From NCBI GenBank assembly GCA_030141605.1, contig JAQGDQ010001059.1, positions 2,583 through 66,582 on the forward strand: a stretch of DNA of 64,000 nt. Reading direction: 5' to 3'. The position numbers were made by a program, and so were the translations under genes. Positions 22,961-34,000 of this stretch are shown here, piece after piece (the first letter of the stretch is position 1; every line of letters starts with the position of its first letter). The stretch is from Tubiluchus corallicola. Its lineage: Eukaryota; Animalia; Priapulida. Below the pieces are notes generated by a model that did not search any database, was not told the origin of the DNA, and was given only the letters and a program-made list of their open reading frames with translations.

Positions 22961-23495
22961 CAGGGATGAGAATTTTCCGCGGATACGCGGAATTCCGGGT
23001 TTTTGGAAGACCAGTAGTGCCATTTTTGTAAATCGCGTAAATTCGTTGAGAAAATTTTTACCGGCCCAGTACATTATTTCACAAGCTGACCGCTAGGTGG
23101 CAGGCCGTCACTTTGTTTACATCACGTACATCAGTGTAACCACGTGTATATCTCTATGTATAAAAATATAGAATCAATTGTGCGGAGTTATTTGAGTCAA
23201 TTGCAGACAGTTTTTATATACTTTTGCATAGGAGCAGCCAGTACTTAGGCGTTTTTGAGAAAATTAGGTATCATGTATCCTTGATAGTTGGGTATTTTAA
23301 ATTATGCATGAAACAAGGTAATTGATATTTTAAGTCCACTTAGAGGCTTTTTGTGGTCACAAAATTGCTATTTGTTGCTTCGCCCCCTTGAACCCTCATG
23401 GGGACTTTGCCCCTCAACCCCATTAGGGTGCCTAGGCGGCCCCAAAACCCCCAGCCTGTTTCAGAGTTTTTTGCGATTTGTCATTCTCATCCCTG
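22961..23495. mobile_element. MITE family B in the TAF3 3'UTR
   Basis: TIRs; flanks caagctt/caagctg. Confidence 0.85.
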
Positions 23496-23625
23496 CAAGC
23501 TGTACTTGTGTTGCATCGTTGTTTGAGATTATAGTAATTGTGTACTGTGAGGGTAAAGCATTGTACTTGTCTACAGATTAATGTAAATACAGCAGCTAAC
23601 TGTAACTGTACTCCAGTACCTCCGT

Positions 23626-23985
23626 TAGGGGTGAGCATCGAACGCTCGAATTCCATTCGAACGAGTTTTTTTAGTTCGAACTCGATTCGAATCCAAAACT
23701 ATAGATTCGAATAATTCAGCACTTCAATCACATATGTTCCTGATCATTAAAACGATTGAAACATCATGCAATTAGCATAATTTAGTTTTTATTTCTGCGC
23801 ACAACTTTAAGCAAATTACTAGTCATTTTATTGCAGAACAAAATCTAGTGATATGCATGATCTTTGTAAGATTAATTTTTACTGGTGGTTCGAAAACTTG
23901 TTCGAGAATCTTTCAATCTCAAGTCGAATTCGAACCAATTCGGTTCGATTCGAATTCGCTTTCTGGTAGAGAATGCTCACCCCTA
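23626..23985. mobile_element. hAT MITE family E
   Basis: Perfect 8-bp TSD acctccgt. Confidence 0.9.
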
Positions 23986-24042
23986 ACCTCCGTGTTTCCA
24001 TTTTATGTAAATACACTGACAGAATTTGTTGTAAATACTCGT

Positions 24043-24048
24043 AATAAA
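24043..24048 (+). terminator. Candidate TAF3 polyadenylation signal
   Basis: AATAAA about 1.1 kb after the stop, followed by T/GT-rich sequence. Confidence 0.45.
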
Positions 24049-24202
24049 TATTTATTGATTATAGAATATTATTGTTTCAGTTCTTTAGCATTTATCTTGT
24101 ACCAACGGATGCTGTGCCCTTAGACATGCTGTTTTTTCATTGCAAAATAGCACAGGACCATACTATGTGTTTAGCAACTAAAGCTGTGCTAGACCAGTTT
24201 AA

Positions 24203-24653
24203 CCCTTTCATACCCGTTGTATCCCGTGGGATACGAGAATATTTTCTGCCTTTAAAATTAATAAAATTTTAAAACTGACAGTTATTTGATCTGTTAATAG
24301 TTATTTTGATTTAAACCAATAACAATAGACCAAAAATGGTGATAAAATGGCAAACTAGAAAATCTACATAGCATAAAAACTGTGCAAGGTACAGTACTTT
24401 AGAGACGACTTTGTACAGATCAGCATAGCATGCATACTAAATGTCTTAAATACTTTAAAAAATTATCAGCAGTTGCAAAATGAAGCACATTTTATGCTTC
24501 CATTGAATCCCAATGTATCCTGTGGGATACAGGCTATATTTAGCACGCGGGCAAAGGCAGAAAAAAATTATTATGTGTAAACAAGATGGACATACTGAAC
24601 AACCAAGCCAAAAAATTTTTTCTTATTAAACAAATAATTTGGGACTGAAAGGG
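24203..24653. mobile_element. piggyBac-like MITE
   Basis: TTAA|CCCTTTCA...TGAAAGGG|TTAA. Confidence 0.75.
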
Positions 24654-25347
24654 TTAACAAATGGATGGCTGATCGCCGAACGATCGATTCTGAGCGCTTT
24701 AATCTTTCACGCCGTTGCTAGATTTCAAAAAGCACGAACGCCATCTTTGCTAACCGATGAAAACTGCTTAACACCAACAAAAAAAAGTCAAACATTAATA
24801 AACTGTATGTTGTTTTATATTTGGAAAATTAAAGACTTCCATGGTGTATGCTGCAAAATGTGTCTATACAATGTCTGCGACCGAGTAGTCTGTGAAAAAC
24901 TAGTACAATATTGATACAACTTCGTGCAATAACTATACTATGACTATGCAAAAAAAATGGTGGCTCAGTGACTATAGCATACAGTAAACATATAAAGAAC
25001 CAATGTTTAGCCACAAGTAGGACAATGTTTACAAGTACGGACTGTTTAACCTATCTACAAGATGTGTGACTGACTACTGATGTTTATTTTTAATGGCATG
25101 TTTAAGTTTATGACACAAAACACAACACCACATAATTTAACATGAACATTTGGGTTAGAAAAGTTTCGCAATGCGGAAAATTTCGCTGCTACCTTAACGC
25201 GTTTCAAACGCCATTTAAACTCAAGTTAAAATGTATACAACCAAATTCTTTTGACTGCGGTAACAAAGTCGCAAAGTTTCCACTTCATTGCAACATTTGT
25301 TTATCTTACACTTTGCGTACAAAAGAAACCCTTTTTGGCAGTGTAAT

Positions 25348-26127
25348 TAGGGTTGCCACCTTGACGCGAACCAAAATCGGGAGTCAGGATCCAGTAAGTG
25401 GCTGAATCGACACATTTCTTCTATTTTAAAGGTTTTATAAGACCTTTTTCAGAATCAAAACTCAAGAAACTTTAATCACAAAGTAGCAGGAATTTCTTGA
25501 TGTTAGACTCTAGTCTCGAAAGTTTTAAACTTCGCAAAAAAAAGTGCAAACTGTGTACATCGAGTTCAAATCTTTTTAATGCTTCTGGAAATCATTTTAT
25601 GATTATTAAGCAATTTATGCTGTCAATTAAAGTTAATTCTGTAAGTTTGGTTTTATCTTAGCGAAACCGCTGTTTACAGCCTAACTTTATGCAAACTTTC
25701 AATAAACTGAAAGTTCTATTTCCGTTTTATTCCACTTAAATTTCAATGTGATGCTCGAAATCAGCAGATTTCACAATTCTTCAAACATGCCTACTACAAC
25801 CACCGCTGAACGGGCTATCAATCCATGGCCAGCACCGCCCTCGGCCGGTTCCCGTTCTCCAGATCTCAGGCGTATAACCTTTGCAAAAAATGGCCATTTT
25901 TGGAGGAATTTCGCCCCTCTTTCCTCGCAGTGGGCCTGATTCGAAAAATAAACCCCCAATAGCACGACACTAGATCGAGACCTGTAGCCTCGAATCTTAT
26001 ATATATATATATATATATACACATATTAAGCCCATACCAGTAGAATTAATATATAGATCCTACCAAACTACAGACCTGTGGCTGAATTTCAGGAGACTGG
26101 GCCAAATCAGGAGTGGTGGCAACCCTA
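25348..26127. mobile_element. hAT-type MITE containing a Helitron-like fragment
   Basis: TIR TAGGGTTGCCACC; TSD agtgtaat/agagtaat. Confidence 0.8.
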
Positions 26128-26339
26128 AGAGTAATACTTCGTACACAATTTGATTCAACAAGCGGAAAACTCAATCGTGGAGTAAACAGCAAGGTGGTCA
26201 AAAACCACTTTTTAACCCGTTCTTTATCTCAACTGCTTTAAGAACGGTCATTATCAATGTCTAACAGACGCTATGCTGACCGGTTCGCCAAGTTAACGGT
26301 ACGTACACTTTTGCACTGTACGAGTTACGTGAACGAAAT

Positions 26340-26713
26340 AGACCATCGATTCGGGGGCGAACGGTCTCTAACAAAAAAACTTTTGACTTTCAAACTCGAA
26401 TCGAACCGAATTTCAAGATTTCCAATCGAATTCAACATTTCTGAATAAGTTTTTGAATCTTTAATAAAAACCCGGTCTTGCAAAGTTACTCATTCTTGTT
26501 CATCGGTAAAACCGCTAATAATCCGATTACAAACGCCGCGCAGAAATCGCAACTAAAATGTGCCGACTGCAAAAGCTGTTTGAAATGTTTAAATGATAAG
26601 GAACGCGTGTAATTGAAGCGCTGAATTATTCGAAACCATAATTTTGGATTCGAATCGAACGCGAGTAAAAAAACCCATTTGAATCGAATTCGAACTTTTG
26701 ATGGTTTCCCCTA
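26340..26713. mobile_element. Old, diverged, inverted copy of hAT MITE family E
   Basis: Reverse complement similarity (GCTGAATTATTCGAA..., TCGAATTCGAAC...CCCCTA). Confidence 0.55.
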
Positions 26714-26746
26714 CCATTGCTACAACCATACATCTTTTCTATAGAT

Positions 26747-27208
26747 CAGGGGTGTGCAAATTATCTGACTAGCCGGGCCACATTAAACTTTCCCGCAATT
26801 CCTGCAGGCCACTGACAGTTTGGTCAAGGAGCCAAGTACAGAAAGGCCTAATAACGGTTTTTTTTTGCATCCGACCTGAGTACATCATTACTACTACACT
26901 CAAGAAACTATTTTAGAAGTTATTAAAATTTATATTACAAACCACATATTTCTACTTTCAGGACAGATAGTGGTAATTTCATTACAATGCATATTAGTAA
27001 TGTGTATCACACAGTCTGTGTAGTACAGTGACATTAAGTTACAACCATCTTGTAAGGGTTAATGGCATCCGATCTAGTAGAAAAAACTACCCGCACTATC
27101 TTTGGGATCGTGGCACGGACTTCAGCTGGATACACTCAATTAATCGCCCGGGCCGCACTTTCATTAGGTTGACAAATCTCTTTGCGGGCCGCAATTTGCA
27201 CACCCCTG
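26747..27208. mobile_element. hAT/Charlie-like MITE family A
   Basis: TSD ctatagat/ctatagag. Confidence 0.87.
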
Positions 27209-28034
27209 CTATAGAGCTTGAGGCACACACACAAACATGAACAAATCTTGTATTACAAGCATCTCTGAGAGTTTACCAAGCACGATGTTGCTAACAAGTG
27301 TTAATGACATCTAATAAAACAATAACCACTACATTGTCAGCGACTACTAAACTTATCACTGCATCTATTTCTGACGGAATAGTTTTGATTACAATAATTT
27401 AATGCATTAAAAAGCGAAATAATGATTAGGCTCAACAAAGGCTAAAAGTTGCCCAAAGAAAAAATCATTATACGCATTCTAAAATTGTAACAAAATTTAT
27501 GTCTAGTTCAAAAAAACAAGAAACGTGAACCACTCGATGCTTAGGGTTAACAAATGCCGTCCAAAATGATCAAGTGAGGGTTACAGAAGGACAGACAAGC
27601 AATTACAGTGCTACAAACTAGAAGATTTCACCAAAAACTATACTGACATATGTATATATAGCAATAACGATAACTAAATATGGGGTACAGATAAACGACT
27701 TTAACATCATGATTTCGGAAACATTCTACATAAAATCCAATGACATAATCAATTACCCATTGCGTTTTCATTAAAATAATATATAGGCTTACAACTACTT
27801 ATGTACAATTCTACAAACATAAGACGTTCGCAGCGGAGAATGCAAGGAGGCCATTTTGAGACAGTGAATGTAATTTTCGGGGGGGGGGGGGTGATACACG
27901 TGTAATTCGTGTTTTGTTTGGAAATAGCGCGCCGAGTTTGCCAGTACCGGATCCGTAACGTTGGAGTTTCAGACACTGATAACAACCTACAAGGTCTTGT
28001 GAAATTTACAAATTCTTAGAAACTGTAATAAATA

Positions 28035-31000
28035 CTACCTCTTGCCTCTACCAAACTCCGCTCCGATCATCTCCCAAATGTTAGCTCTGCCGGAATCGTC
28101 TTCGTCCGATTGCTTCTGGGGACTACTCGTCTCCCTTGAACTTTTGCTCTGCGCTTTGCTGCTTTCGGGGTCAGTTATTTCTGAAGCTTTGCCTGACACC
28201 CCCGAGGAATCCGTGTCCACCGGAGCTTCTGCTTCGCGTGTGTCAATCGCTTTACATTCAACGGTATTATCGCTAGCTAAGGGTTTTTCCACAGCTGTCT
28301 CGCCTTCCATCTTTATTGGAGACGTGGTCGGTGTGGTACCGCTCATTTCTTTCTGCAGAACGTCCGGAGACGAACGCCGGAAATTGAAGGAAACTTCCTC
28401 GTCGACGTCTTGTATGAGGTCCTCTCCCGATTCGCTCAATGCGGGCATGCTTCCGCTACTGCTGTCACTGTCGCTGACGTGGGTGATGATGCGAAACGTT
28501 CCCGTATCTTCTGCAACATCTCCCTCTTCGGTGGGTTTCGAGTCGTTTTCTGTTCTGCGCGAATCAGCAAAAGTTGCAGGCGAAATAGATGGTTCTGGCT
28601 TCTCGGTGCTTTGGGTGCCGCTGCTACGTCGATGCCTCAAGGTGAAATCGAGAACAAAGCTATCGTATTCCTCTTCCCGAGGACGTGCGTCTTCATCACC
28701 GACATCAAAATCAACGATCACATTATGAGATATGAGACTTTTTGGACGCGGTCTGTTTGGAGCAGGCAGTCCTGGCATTTTTGGCTTCTTTTTGCGGCCA
28801 GAGTAAGAAACTTTTGGCGTCTCTTTCATACTTGGGAGCTCATAATCACCGAGTTCAATCTCTTTTTTGGGACGACCCCGCTTCACGCTTGGAGGAGACA
28901 CATAATCGTCGAGACTAATCTCTTTTTTTGGACGACCTCGCTTCCGAATAACTTCTCCAGCCTGCTTTTTCTTACGTGGAGAATAAGAGATCTTTACCTT
29001 CTCTTTTAGTCCCGTTTCCAGGGGGATATGCTGCGGTACGAATTTCTTGGACAGAGTTTTCAGTTTCAATGGAAGTGGTTCTTGGGGAGCTTCCTCCTCC
29101 AGAGCTTCCTGAATGAGTGACTCACGGAATTTTGAAGGAGAGCTGATCCGCTCACCTTGCTCTTCCACACGTAACTTCCGAACAACCTTCTTGCGCCTTC
29201 CATTAGGCATGGGCTTTGACTGCGGCTCAGTTGCTTCTTCTGTCTCGGATTTCGGTGGTGATTTAAACGCCTCTCCTTCGCCCCGATCAGTAACTCTCTT
29301 TAACTGAGCCAGGTATTCGACTGTCTTAGCTTGTTTCTTTACTGATGTCTTGGTTTTGTATGACGTTATTTTGGCACTTCCAACATTCTCTTGTTTGACT
29401 TTCATTGCTGCATCTTTGGAAGGCTTATTTGGAGAAGGTGTTCTCGGCCTAGTTGCTACTGCCTCTTGAAATCTAACTTTCTTGTCACTAGAAGGTGCTG
29501 ATTCACTTGATAAGCCTGGAGATTTTTTAAGAATGCCTCCAACAGGTTTATAAGAAAGTACAGTTCTTTCTCGAAGCTTGGGTTTTTCATAATCATACCC
29601 AATTCCCGTGGCCGAATAGCTCCTTTTATGTATTTCTGGCAGATCTTCCTGAAGAACTTCCTCTGGTAAGCTAAGACGTTTTCTTGGAATATCCTCATCA
29701 CTCATTCTCTGTGCTGCTTCTGATTTTATATGTTGCACCGTAGCTTCAGCAGTTCGCTTTTTGCCGCGATTCTTGATTACTGTGGTAGTTTTCTTATCTT
29801 CTACTTTAATCTTTTGTCTTTTGGTTTCTTTTCTCGCTCCCTCCTTGTTCACGTCCGCACTTTCACCTGAAACGCCAGCGTTGTCAACATTTTTCGATGT
29901 CCTCCTTTTCTTTGGTGGTAGTTTTTCGTCACCATCCTTACCTGTCACGTTCGACATTTTAGACGGTCTTTTAGTGGCTGAATTTTCTAAGAGTATAACT
30001 TCCTTTCTTCTTTGCCTTTCTGGAGACGTTATCATAGCTTTTTGCCAACCAGTGGGACGTCGTTTTCCTGGCGTCCCGACTGTTATAAACTGCTCTGTGT
30101 GTTCGGGAAGCTCAGTGGGACTTGGACTATCACCACCAACCCGGCCAAACTTTGCCGGGTCTTTTGGCAACATCAGCTTCAAGCTGCTAGACGCATGAGC
30201 AGGCACTGCCTTTGTCTTAGAGTCTGACATGTATGCAAGACCACCAAGACCAATCTGCTTCGCTTTTGCTTCTGGTATTACTATGAGATTTTGTTGGGAG
30301 GTACCAGTCGCAGAAGACTCTTCCTGACTCGGACGATCCTTTTCTTTGCTCTTAAATATCTTGTAACGACCACCTGACTGCATTGGCGTGTATCTCATCA
30401 TCATTCCTTTCATACGCTGCATTGTGTAGCGAACAGGGGACCCGGTCTCCTCATCAGTTGAAACCTCGTGTAGTACGGCAGCTGCCCCTTGCTCTGTGTC
30501 ACTTTTTTGCGCACCTTCATTTGTTTGAGGTTGCACTTCTGCATCAGTCTCTTTGCCAGATGTATCCGATTCCCCGGAAATCGTTCTAGCAGTAGCTGCC
30601 GGTGCCGGTTTCACTGCAGCTGCTGTGTCACCAGGTACAAGTTTCAGCATACCTGTTTTCGGATCACCTTGTAGAACAATTGCCTTGCTTTTCAGTTTCA
30701 TGTAATCATCTTTTGACAGTTTCAGGACAAATGGTTGCTTCCCACCTTGGGGCTTGCTGGATGGAACGCTCTTTCCTAGCAAACGCTCAACAGGTGTCTG
30801 AACAGGAGCCTTCTTCTCTTCCTCAGAACCTTGGGAAGCCCATATAGGTTTCCTACGAACAGTCTGACCTGATCCAGGAAAAATATCCTTTATTTTCGCC
30901 GAAGATGCTTCAGCAGGAGCGCCTTCCTCCTGTATTGCTGTTGCTGTAGCAACACTATCGGCTGTCACAGAAACATCTTCAGAACTAGTTGCTTTGGCCA

Positions 31001-34000
31001 TGGCACTGAGAACAGCCTCAGCAGCTGTTATTTTTCCAGGTTCAATTTCGATAGCGGATGGTTTCAGTATTTTTACAGTTCCCCTAGGAGAGGACACAGG
31101 CCCGGGTGCATGAAGTCCCGCTTCGCTGACTTGTATCGAGGCAAATCCAGGCAAAGCTGCTCCCAGATTCTGCCCCTCTTGACAGATAGTCTGTTTAACA
31201 AGCTCTGCCAACATATCCTCCTCGCTTTGTTTAGCTTGGGTAGACTGTACGACCGCTGATTCAACCTGAACATATTCACTCTCTGGAACAGACAGTGCGG
31301 AACCAGTTTTTGTACTGACTACGGGAACCACAATATCATCGCCAAACTCTGCCTTCATGCGTTCAAACAGTGGAGGAACCGGGCTTATCTTTTCGCCAAC
31401 CGAAGCGATGCTTTCACTCTGGGATTCACTTTCCTCTGTGGCATTGGACAGCAATTCCTGTTCCAACATCTGATTTAAGTCTCGTGCATTGTTAGCACTA
31501 GCAGTTTGCTGTTCTGACTGTTCGGCTTGGCGAAGAATTTGTAGCGGATCACCAACATCAACAATATCTTGAGTAGCAATTTCCTCACGGGTCCATTGGC
31601 CCTCCATTGGAATGGTTTCTCGTTGCCAGTGTGTCATTGGTGGTATGCCAGCTGGCTTATAATCGTTATTTTCATTTTCAGCTTTTACTACTGGAATCTC
31701 TTCTTCATTTGCCATAATGTTATCTGCAGGTTGTTCTGTGAATAGTTCCTTCAACATAATGTCTTCTCTGTAGCCATGAGGAGCTGACACCTCTACTTCC
31801 TGATTATTGTGCACCTCTTTATCAGAAATTATTGGGCTTTTCTTGCTTTCAGTATGTTCTCCTAGCAGTTCTGTTTCCAATACATCAGGCTGAATGGATA
31901 CGCATTCACTCTGTTTTTCTATATCATACTGTCCTACAATATTGTGATCTGGAGATTCTTGCACCGTGGCTTGTTCATCGACTTCTTCATCATTACCATG
32001 ATCAATATTTTCTGGTTCGTCACATATTTGTGCGACATGCTCAGCAGCTTCTTGAGACATGTCGTCTTCGAAATCAGATTCATCCTCTGAAGGTTCCTTA
32101 AAACTTTCGGAATCTTCAGAGTTTTCTTCTGCGTCTTTCTGCAAATGCTCAATGATCTCACTGCCGATGTCATGTTCTTGGGAATGAGTCACACCAGTTG
32201 CTATTGCCTCATTTCCACTTGGAATTTCTGTAATTCTACAAGAAGCCTCAGCAAGATCTGGTCTAGGATTGCCTAGTATATTGCCAGAGTTTTCATCATT
32301 GTGTTGATCACCATCTTCATTCTCCTGTGAAATGTTGCTGCTTGTTTCTAGCGACTCAGGAATGGTTAGAGATTCGTTATCTGGAACTTCCTCAGTCAAC
32401 TCTTGCCTCTCTATACTATCGGCCTCTTTTTCAACTTCTTGCTGATACTCAGGTTCAGAACTAAGTATCCTAGAATTTGCTGCTTCGAAGTCTTCCGATT
32501 CACTATCTCCAGTTGACGGTTCTTTAAAACTGCCAGAATCACTATCACCTTGATGCTCAGCATAAACTGCATGCTCCTGTTCTGATGTACTTATCGAGGT
32601 GTGAATTTCCTCAACTTTCTCTGCAACATCATTGTCACCAACTGGTTTCTCTTCCGCATCTTTATCATCTTCAAGTTGTTGCTTATGATCAGTAGGCAAA
32701 CCATCATCCCAGATATGTTCCACAACTTTAGGATTTTCCTCCTCCAGTTCGCCTGCCTCTTTTAGACCCCCATCTGAGCATTGTTGTTCTACTAATGATG
32801 TTGCTGGTGTCCACTTTTCTGGGACTGATGTGCCTACTTCCTCCCACTCATCTGTCCCTTTTAAACCCTTCTCAGAATGTTCTTCCAATCTTTCTGGGGC
32901 TAATGTGTCTAACGTAACACCACTTTGTTTTTCCACTTCTTCCACTTCCTGTCCCTTCTCAATTGTCTCCGATGCCAATTCCGTTGAGGGTGCATCTTTT
33001 TCCGCAAACTGCGTATCTGCAGGAATCTCCTGATCATCAGCTGTCATTGACACTGCTGCCGGTTGCCCGATACGTTGCGCGCGAGATAACGGCATGGAAT
33101 CGGCACATTTCACTGGTAACTGTACATGAAAATCCTGTGCTTCAGACCTAGAGTGCTTATCTGCTAAAACGTTTGTCGGATGATCTATAAGCAGTGTCGA
33201 GGGACCCATGGTTGGCACGTAGTTTTCCTCTTCAGCAGGCGTTGCAGTTGAATCCTTAGAAATTTCACAAACATTGTTCGCCGAGGACAGACGCGAAGCA
33301 TTTTTAGAGTCTTCCGTTATAAGTTCTGCTTTCCTAAGCGAAAGTACATCTGTCGGATGATCGGTTGACAATGTGTTTTCTGTCATTGTTCGAACTTCGT
33401 CCTCTTCGGGAGCTGCCGTTTCTGCTTCCATTTCATGTCCTGGGGAGGAATATTCCTGAACCCCTGCCAATGCAGGTTTCTCACTAAGTGGCGGCATTTC
33501 AGAAACATGTTTTTCCAGACTTTCTTCGCAGGTCTTGGTGTTGGCATTGCTGCTCATTTCAATGTCTTGGGTTGCGTTCGGGCTTTCAGCTTCCAAAACT
33601 GAGGCGCCTGTATGATGGTGGCGTTCTGCAAGCTCTACGTTTGGAAGATCTTCGCTGGTCCGAGGTTCCGGAAGAGGTATTTCTCTCACTAACAGAGGAA
33701 TATCTGTACATTGTTGACCATCCGGTTGAATCTGAACAAGTTCCTCAGCTTGTCTGGTATCCGGATTGCCAGGATCGGTATGTGTATCAGTCTTTTCTGT
33801 TGGATCAATATGATGATCTGCATTCTTTTCGTACACGTCCATGTTATTGCCATTCCCTGGAAATACGTCACGAAAGGTTTGCAGTGAACCTTGTTGCTGT
33901 GTTTCCAAAACAATGCCAGCTTGGTTATCCGGATTTGGAAGATCCTGTTCAGCCTTGCGCACTTCGACGTCTGGTCTAATACTCATTTCGCCGTGACGTG

